Positions 9,276 to 20,350 of a stretch of DNA of 64,000 nt are shown in pieces. The stretch is from assembly GCA_963169195.1 (NCBI GenBank), contig CAUJDN010000132.1, forward strand, positions 9,382 to 73,381, given 5' to 3'. The first letter of the stretch is position 1. The number at the start of each line of letters is the position of its first letter. This DNA is from Acidobacteriota bacterium. GTDB lineage: Bacteria > Acidobacteriota > Vicinamibacteria > Vicinamibacterales > UBA2999. The translations under genes and the position numbers were made by a program. The notes below the pieces were generated by a model, which was not told the origin of the DNA, ran no database searches, and saw nothing but the letters and a program-made list of their open reading frames with translations.

Positions 9276-9315
9276 GGGGACGGCCGGCGCCGATCTCATG
9301 CGCGCGGCCGTCCCC
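9276..9315. terminator. GC-rich hairpin between convergent genes
   Basis: GGGGACGGCCG (9276-9286) pairs with CGGCCGTCCCC (9305-9315), an 11-bp perfect stem. No U tract. Confidence 0.4.
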
Positions 9316-9333
9316 GGCTTGGACTCGCGCGCC

Positions 9334-11097
9334 CTATCTGACCGCGGGGCCGAGCGGCTCCGCGCGATAGACCATCCGCCCGCGGACGAACGTCATCTGG
9401 CAGACGAGATCCTTGAGCTCGGCCGGCGGCACCGCGTACGGGTTCCTGTCCCACACCGCCAGGTCCGCCTCCTTCCCCACCTCGATGCTGCCGACGCGAT
9501 CCTCCAGGAACATCGTGTGCGCGGCCCACTGGGTGTACGAGCGCAGTGCCGTTCTGATGTCGATGGACTCGTCCGTGCCGAACGGGGTGCGCCCGTGCGT
9601 GCCGTTCAGCGTCTCGCGGACCACCGACGACCACAGGCCGTAGCGCGCCGGATACGGCGTGACCGCGAAATCCGATCCGCCGCCCCACTGCACGCCCTTC
9701 CGCAGGAACGTCCGGAAGGGCTTCAGGCGCCGCCCGCGCTCCGGCCCGAGGTTCGCCGCGTAGGTGTCGCCGATCCACCAGAGAAACGGCGCCTGCGCCT
9801 CCGGGTACGCCGCCGCGTACTCGCGCTGCAGCCGCGCCATCACGTCGATGGCGTGATCGCTCGGCGTGTTGCCGTGGATGATCCCGTGGCGCAACCCCTT
9901 CGTCGGCGTCGCTTTCAGCAGCTGGTCATAGGTGTCCACGACCCAGTCGATGGCACGGTCGCCGATGGCATGCGTGCTGACGTGGATGCCGGCCGCGTGA
10001 AGGGCCGAGACGATCTGCCGGTAGTCGTCGGGGGGCGTGGAGGGGTATCCCTGATTGCCCGTGTCACGGGCGGTGAACTCCTTGTTCCAGTCCTCGTACA
10101 TCCAGGCCGTCCGGGCGCCGCCGCTGCCGTCCATGAACATCTTCACGCCGCCCGACAGCAGCATGCCGTCGCCGAACGAGGCCGGCGGCTTCGGCTGCCG
10201 CTGCACGCGCGCCATGACCACGGACGCATCCGCCGCACGCCTCGCCCCGGACCACAGCGCGAACACGCGAACCGTGAGCTTCCCCTCGTCCAGGAGCTCG
10301 CGGTAGAGCTCCCACTTCAGCTCGCCGATGCCGGGATCCTTCGCGCCGGTCATCCCTTCCCGGTTGAAGTCCGCGATGATCTCGAGGATGCCCTGCTTCT
10401 GCTGCGCGCGCGTGAGCGGCGGCACGAGGCCCGTCACCAGGCCCTGCGCCGCTTCCTTCAGCACGCCCGTTGGCGTCCCGTCCCCGTCCCGATCGATGGT
10501 GCCGGCAGGCGGGTCCTTCGTCTCCCTCCGCACCTCCGCCAGCTTCAGGGCGTAGGAGTTGGCCACGCCGTAGTGGCCGGTGGTCTGGGTGAGCCACACG
10601 GGGTTGTCCGGCGCCACCTTGTCGAGGTCCGCGGCCGTGATGTACCGACGCTCGGCCAGCCGGCCCTCGTCCCAGCCGCGCCCGCGGATCCACTCCCCGG
10701 GCTTCGCCTGCTTCACGCGCGCGGCCACGCGCTGGAGCACGTCGTCCATCGTCGTGACGGACGGGTCGCTCAGGTCCACGTTGAACAGCTTGTCGGCCTC
10801 GGAGAAGTGCACGTGCGAGTCGATGAGCCCTGGCGTCACGGCGCGCCCGGCGAGGTCCACGACCTCGGTGGACGGGCCGATGCGCGGCTTGATCGCCGCG
10901 TTCGTGCCGACGGCGACGATCTTCCCGCCCGAGACGGCGACGGCCTCCGCCACGGAGTCCCGCGCGTCGACGGTGAGCACCGCCCCGTTCATCAGCACGA
11001 GGTCCGCCAGTGCCCCCTGCGACTCCATCCCGACCGTGGCCGCCACACCCACCCACGCCGCCGCCACCGCGACGACACCGCTCATCGCTTTCCGCAT
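9334..11097 (-). CDS. secreted amidohydrolase (Amidohydro_3 / YtcJ-like metal-dependent hydrolase)
   Basis: 587 aa. Signal-like N-terminus, then GRAVTPGLIDSHVHF (HxH metal site) and GSDFAVTP near the C-terminus. Confidence 0.8.
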   Translation of the reverse strand: MRKAMSGVVAVAAAWVGVAATVGMESQGALADLVLMNGAVLTVDARDSVAEAVAVSGGKIVAVGTNAAIKPRIGPSTEVVDLAGRAVTPGLIDSHVHFSEADKLFNVDLSDPSVTTMDDVLQRVAARVKQAKPGEWIRGRGWDEGRLAERRYITAADLDKVAPDNPVWLTQTTGHYGVANSYALKLAEVRRETKDPPAGTIDRDGDGTPTGVLKEAAQGLVTGLVPPLTRAQQKQGILEIIADFNREGMTGAKDPGIGELKWELYRELLDEGKLTVRVFALWSGARRAADASVVMARVQRQPKPPASFGDGMLLSGGVKMFMDGSGGARTAWMYEDWNKEFTARDTGNQGYPSTPPDDYRQIVSALHAAGIHVSTHAIGDRAIDWVVDTYDQLLKATPTKGLRHGIIHGNTPSDHAIDVMARLQREYAAAYPEAQAPFLWWIGDTYAANLGPERGRRLKPFRTFLRKGVQWGGGSDFAVTPYPARYGLWSSVVRETLNGTHGRTPFGTDESIDIRTALRSYTQWAAHTMFLEDRVGSIEVGKEADLAVWDRNPYAVPPAELKDLVCQMTFVRGRMVYRAEPLGPAVR

Positions 11098-11106
11098 CGC
11101 CCCCCC

Positions 11107-12165
11107 TCAGCTCGCACCCGAACCCCCGTGCGTCGAACCTGGTGTGCTTCGAACCTGGTGTGCTTCGAACCCGGTGTGCGTCGAACCCGGTGTGCGTCGA
11201 ACCCGGTGTGCGTCGAACCCGGCGTGCGTCGAACCCGGTGTGCGTCGAACCCGGCGTGCTTCGAACCCGGCGTGCTTCGAACCCGGCGTGCTTCGAACCC
11301 GGCGTGCTTCGAACCCGGCGTGCTTCGAACCCGGCGTGCTTCGAACCTCCCGTGCCTCGAGCGTCCGAACGAACTCCTGCAATGCCGTCCAGTATCGCCC
11401 GGGATCGGCCGGTTGGGGATCGTTGTGATCACCGCCTGGGATCGCGACGAACCGCCTGGGGCCCTGCACGCTCTCGAACAGCCGCTGCCCCAGACGAAAC
11501 GGGATCACGGAATCCGCCTCGCCGTGGATTACCAGGGTCGGCACGCGGACATCGGCCAGGAACTCACTCGCCGGAAAGCGGTAGCTCGAGAACCACGACA
11601 GCAGCCAGAAGGGGGTGCCCTCGAGCACGGCACGCACGGACGGAAACCCCGCCTCGAGCACGAGGCCGTCCGGCACCCGATCGCGGGCGGCGCGCGCGGC
11701 CATCACCGCGCCGAGCGAGCGCCCCCAGTAGACGAGCGGCGCCGGGCCGCGGTCTCCCCTCGCATGCACCGCGGCCGCTGCGGCCGCAACGTCGAGGTAG
11801 AGACCCGCTTCGGACGGCCGGCCCGTGCTTCGCCCGTAGCCCCGGTAGTCGACCGCGAACACGGCGTAGCCCTGCCGCCAGATGCCGATCAGCACCGGCG
11901 CCCAGAGCGACAGGTGGCCGCCGTTGCCGTGCAGGTAGAGTACCGTGGCCCGCGCGGGCTCGTGAGGCAGCCACCACGCGTGCACGCGCTCGCCATCGGC
12001 GGTGGTGAGATCGATGGCCTCGAAGGGCACGCCGAACGACGCCGGCGTCTCGCCTTCGCCCTGGAGCGGGAAGAAGGCCAGGCTGCGCTCGAACAGGCGC
12101 ACGCCGGCGAAGACCGCCGCCAGTGTGCCTGCGGCCACCAGGACCGCCATCATGATGGGTCGCAA
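11107..12165 (-). CDS. membrane-anchored alpha/beta hydrolase with a repeat-encoded C-terminal tail
   Basis: N-terminal TM helix. HGNGG oxyanion motif, GRSLG nucleophile elbow, GGDHND. The last ~85 aa (16-aa period RVRSTPGSKHAGFEAR) are translated from the 16-nt array. Start is TTG 12165, ATG 12153 or ATG 12150. Confidence 0.75.
   Translation of the reverse strand: MRPIMMAVLVAAGTLAAVFAGVRLFERSLAFFPLQGEGETPASFGVPFEAIDLTTADGERVHAWWLPHEPARATVLYLHGNGGHLSLWAPVLIGIWRQGYAVFAVDYRGYGRSTGRPSEAGLYLDVAAAAAAVHARGDRGPAPLVYWGRSLGAVMAARAARDRVPDGLVLEAGFPSVRAVLEGTPFWLLSWFSSYRFPASEFLADVRVPTLVIHGEADSVIPFRLGQRLFESVQGPRRFVAIPGGDHNDPQPADPGRYWTALQEFVRTLEAREVRSTPGSKHAGFEARRVRSTPGSKHAGFEARRVRRTPGSTHAGFDAHRVRRTPGSTHTGFEAHQVRSTPGSTHGGSGAS
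11110..11356. repeat. tandem array, about 14 copies of a 16-nt unit TCGAACC(C/T)GG(C/T)GTGC(G/T)
   Basis: TCGAAC recurs every 16 nt from 11133 to 11341. The array fills the 3' end of the hydrolase ORF and the spacer to the next gene. Confidence 0.95.
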
Positions 12166-12257
12166 CGAGTCGAATCCCTCGAGAAGCTCCGCCCCAGTCT
12201 ATGCGGTCCGTCGGGGGATCGCGGCCGGCGCGGCTCGTGGCGCGTCATAATGAACGC

Positions 12258-12773
12258 ATGAGAGCGGCACTGGCCCTTGCGCTGGTGGTTGGGGTGGCGG
12301 CGCCGGGCCTGGCGCAGCCGCCCGAGCCCGCGGGGCCGGCGAACGCGGTCGAGCCGGCCGCCAGCGGCCAGGTGCCGGCGGTGGACGCCACCAGGATGGG
12401 CGTCTCGCTCAGCCGCATCCAGAAACAGCTTCGCGTCTCCGCGGCGCGCGAGCAGGCCTCCGGCACCCCCTTCAGGCTCGAGTACCAGGTGCAGGTCTAC
12501 GGGGCGGCGCCGCGAATCGACGTCATCGAGGACTTCGACATCTCGGCAGGTGCGCCGCTCCGGTACGGCGCGCCCACGCACCAGGAGTTCCTGAATCACT
12601 GGACGCCCCAGGCGTTCCGGTCTCCGGCGGTGCCCTTCTCCGCCCTGGCGGGGTGGGCGTTGTTCCAGCTGGTGAAGCGGGCCGACAAGTCGAAGTGCGA
12701 GCAGGAAATCGCGGAGTACCGGGCACTCGTCATGCAGGGAGTGCCGGCCGCCGCGCCACGCTGCACGCAGTAG
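12258..12773 (+). CDS. hypothetical secreted protein
   Basis: Internal ATG gives MRAALALALVVGVAAPGLAQ signal peptide. No family recognised. Confidence 0.55.
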   Translation: MRAALALALVVGVAAPGLAQPPEPAGPANAVEPAASGQVPAVDATRMGVSLSRIQKQLRVSAAREQASGTPFRLEYQVQVYGAAPRIDVIEDFDISAGAPLRYGAPTHQEFLNHWTPQAFRSPAVPFSALAGWALFQLVKRADKSKCEQEIAEYRALVMQGVPAAAPRCTQ

Positions 12774-12784
12774 TCCCGCCAGGC

Positions 12785-12807
12785 GAGCCCGGGCGCCGCC
12801 CGGGCTC
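12785..12807. terminator. perfect 10-bp hairpin between convergent genes
   Basis: GAGCCCGGGC-GCC-GCCCGGGCTC. Overlaps the mqnD stop codon. Confidence 0.4.
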
Positions 12808-13615
12808 AGGCAAAGATGGGCAGCGCAGGGTCGCCCGGCGTGAACAACCCCTCGGCCTCGGCCCAGGCGATCATCCGGCGCACTGCCCGGTCGTCCAGGG
12901 CTCGTGTGTAGTCGTTCACGTAGAGGCTGATGTGACGGGCCACGACGCCCGCATCCATCTCCCTGGCGTGGGCGGCCACGTAGTCGCGGCTGGCATCGGG
13001 ATGCGCGAAGGCGTACTCCACACTCGCGCGGAGGGCCCGATCCATGGCGGGTGCCAGCGCGGCCGCGAGATCGCGCCGGATGGCGATGGCCGCCAGGGGC
13101 AGCGGGCACTGCATGCGCGCCTCCCAGACGGTGCCGAGGTCCGCGAGCAGCGTGAGGCCCTTGCCCTCGTAGGTGAACCGGCCTTCGTGAATCAGCAGGC
13201 CACAGTCCACCTCGCCGCGGAGCACGGCGTCCTCGATCTGGTCGAAGCGCATCGGGACCGTGTCGAACCGGCCCAGCAGCCGCAGCAGCAGCGCGGCGGT
13301 GGTGCGCTCGCCGGGAATGGCGATGCGCCCGCCCACCTCGCGCGCCGACCTGGCGACGATGACGGGGCCGACGCCGAAACCCGCGGCGCCGCCGGCGCGC
13401 AGCAGCGCGTAGCGGTCGCGCAGGCGCCCGTACGCGGCAATCGAGACCTTCGTCACCTCGGCCGCCCCCCGTTCCGCACGCAGATTGAGGGCCTCGATAT
13501 CGTCCATGACGGGCGCCACGCGGGGTCCTGGTACAAGCCGGTGCACCAGCGCGTGGAACGCAAACGTGTCGTTGGGGCACGTCGAGAAGCCGAAGGTCAG
13601 CGCCTGGTCATCCAC
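12806..13615 (-). CDS. mqnD: 1,4-dihydroxy-6-naphthoate synthase MqnD
   Basis: GTG at 13615 (VDDQALTFGFSTCPNDTFAFHALVH...), inside the longer ORF 12806..14053. Overlaps the mqnB end by 19 nt. Confidence 0.8.
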   Translation of the reverse strand: MDDQALTFGFSTCPNDTFAFHALVHRLVPGPRVAPVMDDIEALNLRAERGAAEVTKVSIAAYGRLRDRYALLRAGGAAGFGVGPVIVARSAREVGGRIAIPGERTTAALLLRLLGRFDTVPMRFDQIEDAVLRGEVDCGLLIHEGRFTYEGKGLTLLADLGTVWEARMQCPLPLAAIAIRRDLAAALAPAMDRALRASVEYAFAHPDASRDYVAAHAREMDAGVVARHISLYVNDYTRALDDRAVRRMIAWAEAEGLFTPGDPALPIFA

Positions 13616-14220
13616 GCGAGCAGCGCCTCCTGGGCCGCGAGCGCGGCCTCCTTCAGCCGCCAGCCGCTGGTGTCGCGATCCGTGACCCTGTTGCTGATCC
13701 CGCGCACCTCGCCCACCGGGATGCCGTGCAGGCAGGCGACGTGCGCCACGGCAGCGCCCTCCATGTTCTCCACCGCACCGCCCGTGCGCGCCTCGAGGGC
13801 CCGCGCGGCCGCCTCCGTTCCGGTACAGCTGCTCACCGTGACGAACTTCACGCGCCGGTCCACGGGACAGATCTGCACGGGCAGGTCGTTGTAGAGCGGG
13901 CCGGGCGAGGCGACCACCGGGAGCCCGAGCGCCTTCATGTCCAGGAAGCCGGACGGCGCGACCGCACCGAGGTCGCCATAGCACTCCACGTCGGCGCAGG
14001 CCACGTCGCCAACCTCGAGGCGGGAGCCGGGATACGCGCCGCCCACGCCGCACACCAGGATCGCCTCCGGTGCACGACGCAGGATCTCGACGGTGACCGC
14101 ATGGGCGGCGTTCACGGGACCGACACCCGTGACCACGAGACGCGTGCCCTCGGATGTGGCCAGCCGCTCGCGCAGGAGGCGGCCTTCGAACTCGGTCGCC
14201 GTGCAGATCAGGACGGACAC
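13597..14220 (-). CDS. mqnB: futalosine hydrolase MqnB (PNP_UDP_1 nucleosidase fold)
   Basis: 207 aa, GTG start. VTGVGPVNAA, GVGGAYPG, ENMEGAAVAHV. Confidence 0.8.
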   Translation of the reverse strand: MSVLICTATEFEGRLLRERLATSEGTRLVVTGVGPVNAAHAVTVEILRRAPEAILVCGVGGAYPGSRLEVGDVACADVECYGDLGAVAPSGFLDMKALGLPVVASPGPLYNDLPVQICPVDRRVKFVTVSSCTGTEAAARALEARTGGAVENMEGAAVAHVACLHGIPVGEVRGISNRVTDRDTSGWRLKEAALAAQEALLAWMTRR

Positions 14221-14225
14221 CGGCG

Positions 14226-14633
14226 TCAGAACAGCCCCAGCTGCAGCTTCGCCGCCTCCGACATCCGGTCCTTCGTCCAGGGCGGGTCCCAGACGACCTC
14301 GACCTTCGCCTCGGCGACTCCCGGGACCGACGCGGCCTTCTGCTTCACCTCGACGGGCAGCGACTGCGCGGCCGGGCAGGCGGGCGCCGTGAGCGTCATG
14401 CGGATGCCGACGCGGGCACCCGCATCCACGAGCACGTCGTAGATGAGACCCAGCTCGCAGATATTGATCGGAATCTCGGGGTCGTACACCGACTTCAGCG
14501 CGGCGACGACCTGCGGCTGGAGCTCGGCGGTCTTCGCCGGATCGGGGACGATGTCGGCGAGCGACTCGGACGGGGCCTGCTCGAACGGGGCTTCGGGCTC
14601 GTCAAGGCCGTGGCCAAAGGGCATCGGAATCAT
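14226..14633 (-). CDS. sufT: SUF Fe-S assembly protein SufT (DUF59 / MIP18 family)
   Basis: Internal ATG (MIPMPFG...) with GAGGT RBS. VYDPEIPINICELGLIY and MTLTAPACP motifs. Confidence 0.8.
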   Translation of the reverse strand: MIPMPFGHGLDEPEAPFEQAPSESLADIVPDPAKTAELQPQVVAALKSVYDPEIPINICELGLIYDVLVDAGARVGIRMTLTAPACPAAQSLPVEVKQKAASVPGVAEAKVEVVWDPPWTKDRMSEAAKLQLGLF

Positions 14634-14650
14634 CGGCGGATACCTCGGGT

Positions 14651-15100
14651 TCACTCGGTCGTCACGGGCCCCGCCGGCTGATCCGACACGGCCGCCTTCA
14701 TCGTGTGCCAGGCCAGGCCCGCGCACTTCACGCGGGTCGGGAAGTCACGCACGCCCGACAGCACGGCCAGCTTGCCCATGTCGGGCAGCGGGCTCCCCGG
14801 CGGCGAGGTGATCATCTGGTGGAACTGGTCGAAGAGCGCGCGCGCCTGCTCGACGGTCCTGCCCTTGATGGCTTCGGTCATGAGGGACGCCGACGCCTTC
14901 GAGATGGCGCAGCCGGAGCCCTGGAAAGCCGCGTCCGTGATGACGCCGCCGTCCACCGTCACGTAGAGCGTCAGGCGGTCGCCGCACAGCGGGTTGTAGC
15001 CCTCCTGCGCGGCGCTGGCGTGCTCGATGACGCGGAAGTTCCGGGGCTTCCGGTTGTGGTCCAGGATGACCTCCTGGTAGAGGTCGTGCAGTTCCGACAT
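14651..15100 (-). CDS. sufU: SufU-type (IscU-like) sulfur-transfer / scaffold protein
   Basis: The last 149 aa of the 961-aa ORF 14651..17536: MSELHDLYQEVILDHNRKPRN, NPLCGD, GSGCAISKASAS, RVKCAGLAW. All three Cys ligands are present. Confidence 0.85.
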   Translation of the reverse strand: MSELHDLYQEVILDHNRKPRNFRVIEHASAAQEGYNPLCGDRLTLYVTVDGGVITDAAFQGSGCAISKASASLMTEAIKGRTVEQARALFDQFHQMITSPPGSPLPDMGKLAVLSGVRDFPTRVKCAGLAWHTMKAAVSDQPAGPVTTE

Positions 15101-16332
15101 CAGCCGAACACCTTTCGCGCCGTGTGGAGCGCGGCGACCAGCGCATCGATCTCCTCGCGCGTGTTGTACATCGCCAGTGACGCGCGCGCCGTGGCCGGAA
15201 TCCCGAGCCGATCCATCACCGGCTGCGCGCAGTGATGGCCCGTCCGGATGGCCACGCCCTCGCGATCCACGATGGTACCCAGGTCGTGCGGGTGGATGCC
15301 GTCCACGACGAACGACAGGATGCTCGCCTTCCGCGGCGCCGTGCCGACCAGCCTGAGGCCCGGCACCTGGCGGAGGGCCTCGGTGCCGTAGGCCAGCAGC
15401 TCGCGCTCGTGCGCCTGGATGCGGTCCATCCCGATCGCGCCGATGTAATCCACGGCGGCGCCCAGGCCGACGGCGCCCGCGATGTGCGGCGTGCCGGCCT
15501 CGAACTTGTAGGGGAGCACGTTCCAGGTGGAACGCTCCAGGGTCACCGAGCTGATCATGTCGCCACCGCCCTGCCATGGCGGCATGGCGTCCAGGAGCGC
15601 GGCCGTGCCGTAGAGCACGCCGATGCCGGTGGGCCCGTACACCTTGTGGCCCGTCAGCACGAAGAAGTCGCAGCCGATGGCGCCGACGTCCACCGGCATG
15701 TGGTAGGCCGCCTGGGCCCCGTCCACCAGCACCACCGCGCCCGCCTCGTGCGCCGCCCGCGTGATGGCCTCCACCGGGTTCACCGTGCCCAGCGCGTTCG
15801 ACAGCGCCGACACGGCGACCAGCCGGGTCCGCGGCGACAGCAGCCGCGTGAAGGCCTCCAGGTCGAGCTCCCCCGAGTCGAACATGGGGATGACCCGCAG
15901 CGTGGCGCCCTTCTCGGAGCACAGCATCTGCCAGGGCACGATGTTCGAATGGTGCTCCATCGCCGAGATGAGCACCTCGTCGCCGGCGCCGACGTGGGCG
16001 CGCCCCCACGTCTGCGCCACCAGGTTGATGCCCTCGGTGGCGTTCCTCGTGAAGATCACCTCGCGGGGATCCGCGGCGCCGATGAACCGGCTGATGCGCA
16101 CCCGGGCGCCCTCGAAGAGGTCCGTCGCCTTGCCGCTCAGGTAATGCACCCCTCGATGCACGTTCGCGTTGCCCGACGTGTAGTAGTCCTGGAGCGCCTG
16201 CAGCACGACGCGCGGCTTCTGCGTGGTGGCGGCGTTGTCGAGATACACCAGGGGCTTGCCGTGCACCTCGGTGCCCAGGATCGGGAAGTCGGCCCGAATG
16301 GCCGTCACGTCGAACGCGGTTGCCGTTGCCAT
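15100..16332 (-). CDS. sufS: cysteine desulfurase SufS (group II)
   Basis: 410 aa. YLDNAATTQKP, SGHKVYGPTGIGVLYG (PLP Lys), RTGHHCAQP (active-site Cys). Confidence 0.9.
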   Translation of the reverse strand: MATATAFDVTAIRADFPILGTEVHGKPLVYLDNAATTQKPRVVLQALQDYYTSGNANVHRGVHYLSGKATDLFEGARVRISRFIGAADPREVIFTRNATEGINLVAQTWGRAHVGAGDEVLISAMEHHSNIVPWQMLCSEKGATLRVIPMFDSGELDLEAFTRLLSPRTRLVAVSALSNALGTVNPVEAITRAAHEAGAVVLVDGAQAAYHMPVDVGAIGCDFFVLTGHKVYGPTGIGVLYGTAALLDAMPPWQGGGDMISSVTLERSTWNVLPYKFEAGTPHIAGAVGLGAAVDYIGAIGMDRIQAHERELLAYGTEALRQVPGLRLVGTAPRKASILSFVVDGIHPHDLGTIVDREGVAIRTGHHCAQPVMDRLGIPATARASLAMYNTREEIDALVAALHTARKVFG

Positions 16333-16365
16333 CGCCTGTCACCTCGGGGCGCCCGGTGGCGCCGC

Positions 16366-17693
16366 CTACTGCGCCCGGTCGTGCTCGGCCAGGTCGCGAT
16401 CGAGCTGCTTGAAGAGCTCGCGCTCGAGCTGCATCCGCAGCTGCGGGATCGCGATCCGCTCGAGCACCTCGCCCGCATAGGCGTGGATGAGCATGTCCCG
16501 CGCGTCCTTCCGGTTCAACCCGCGGGCCTGCAGGTAGAACATCGCCTCCTCGTCCAGCTGTCCCACGGCCGCCCCGTGCGTGCACTTCACGTCGTCCGCG
16601 AAGATCTCGAGCTGGGGGTTCGAGTTGATCGTGGCCTCGTCGGAGAGCAGCAGCGCCCGGTTGGTCTGCTTCGAGTCGGTCTTCTGCGCGTCGAGCCTGA
16701 CGATGATGCGGCCGTTGAACACGGCCTTCGCCCTGCCGTCCAGGATGCCCTTGTACAGCTCGTGGCTCGTGCAGTTCGGCATCGCATGGTCGATCGTGGT
16801 GTGGTTGTCCACGAGGCTCGAGCCGTCCGCCAGGTAGCACCCATCCAGGTCCACGTGGGCGCCCTCTCCGGCCAGCACCGCCGTGGCGTCGTTGCGCACG
16901 AGCCGGCCGCCCAGCGTGATCGTGCGCAGCTTGAACGAGCTGTCGCGATCGGCCTTCACGTGCAGGCTGGTCACGAGGAACGAGCCCTCGGTCCCGCGCT
17001 GGTCCAGGCAGCAGTTGACGATGGCCTGCTCCGCCAGCGACGCCTCGACGACGGCGTTGGTGAAGTGCGCCTCGCCGGCGGCGGTCAGGAAGCTCACGGC
17101 CACGTTCGACTGGCTGCCCGCGCCCGCCACGAGCAGCACGCGCGGGTGGATCATCGTCTTCGCCGCGCCGCCGGCAATGACGATGACGTGCACGGGGGCC
17201 TCGATCACCGCGCCCTTGCGCACCACGATCAGCGCGCCGTCCTCGAGGAACGCCGTGTTCAGGGCGGCGAACGCCTGGGTGTCGGTCGGCTGCTGGCCGA
17301 GCACACCGCACTCCGGCGCCCCTTGGGCGATGGCGGCTGCGAGGCTGCCGACCTTGAGGCCGACCGGCATGGTCGTCAGGTCCGACAGCTCGGGCGTGAA
17401 GCGGCCGTTGAGCAGCACGATGCGCACCGCGCCCGGCACGGCCACGCGCGAGACGAGCGGGGCGGGGTTGGTCGGGGTTCCCTCCGGCAGCCTGAATGCC
17501 GTCCGGGCTATCGCCGACACGTTGGTGAAGCGCCACTCCTCCTGCCGCGTCGTCGGGAAGCCGTGCCGCTCGAATGCCTCACGCGCCTGGCCGCGCAGGG
17601 CCTTCAGCCACGCGGGGGCCACGTCGCCTCGCCCGCGCACGAAGCGCTCGTGCTCGACGAGGTACGGGTCCAGACCTTCAGCCACGGGCGTCA

Positions 17694-17697
<4 letters not shown>
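16366..17697 (-). CDS. sufD: Fe-S cluster assembly protein SufD
   Basis: 443 aa. C-terminal LEIFADDVKCTHGAAVGQLDEEAMFYLQARG. Start is GTG 17697 or ATG 17694, overlapping the sufC stop. Confidence 0.9.
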
Positions 17698-18470
<773 letters not shown>

Positions 18471-18473
18471 GAT

Positions 18474-18524
18474 CTTGGGTCTTGGGTCTTGGGGTCTCAG
18501 GGTCTTGGGTCTGGAGGTCTGGGT
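18474..18524. repeat. degenerate heptanucleotide tandem array (CTTGGGT)n, about 7 units
   Basis: cttgggt cttgggt cttggggt ctcagggt cttgggt ctggaggt ctgggt. Occupies the whole sufB-stop to sufC-start spacer. Confidence 0.9.
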
Positions 18525-19970
<1,446 letters not shown>

Positions 19971-19985
19971 GTGCGGTCCTGAGAT

Positions 19986-20020
19986 CTTGGGTCTTGGGTC
20001 TTGGGTCTTGGGTCTTGGGT
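19986..20020. repeat. perfect heptanucleotide tandem array (CTTGGGT)x5
   Basis: Five exact copies end one nucleotide before the iscA stop codon (20021) and sit 16 nt from the sufB start. Confidence 0.95.
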
Positions 20021-20350
20021 TCAGGCCGAGAACGACTCGCCGCAGCCGCACGTGCTCTTCGCGTGCGGGTTCCTCAACGTGAAGTTCGTGGCCATCAGGT
20101 TGTGCTCGTCGAAGTCGAGCACGGTGCCGTCCAGCAGCTTCAGGCTGCGGGGATCGACGAAGACCTTCGCCCCACCCGGCCCCTCGAACACCTGGTCGGT
20201 GGCACGTGGCGCTTCGTCGAACCCAAAGGTGTAGGCGTAACCCGAGCAGCCGCCTGCCTTGATGGCGATGCGCAGGCCACCGGTCTCCCGGTGACCCTTC
20301 GCCAGCTGTCGGGCGATGACCCGCGCCGCGCTCTCGGTGATCTCAATCAT
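20021..20350 (-). CDS. iscA: A-type Fe-S carrier (IscA/SufA/ErpA, HesB family)
   Basis: The last 109 aa of ORF 20021..21100: [12 protein letters not shown]..., GGCSGY, C-terminal CGCGESF. Confidence 0.9.
   Translation of the reverse strand: MIEITESAARVIARQLAKGHRETGGLRIAIKAGGCSGYAYTFGFDEAPRATDQVFEGPGGAKVFVDPRSLKLLDGTVLDFDEHNLMATNFTLRNPHAKSTCGCGESFSA

Noticed and set aside
11110-11356. The tandem arrays here and at 18474, 19986, 50525, 55524 and 63349 as CRISPR arrays
   Set aside because: Units are 7-16 nt and strictly contiguous, with no spacers. No cas genes or leader are present.
9298-12261. 987-aa plus-strand ORF
   Set aside because: It is antisense to the well-supported amidohydrolase and alpha/beta-hydrolase genes. 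Its composition is Arg/Pro/Gly/Ala-rich, typical of out-of-frame translation of high-GC DNA, and it has no recognisable motifs.
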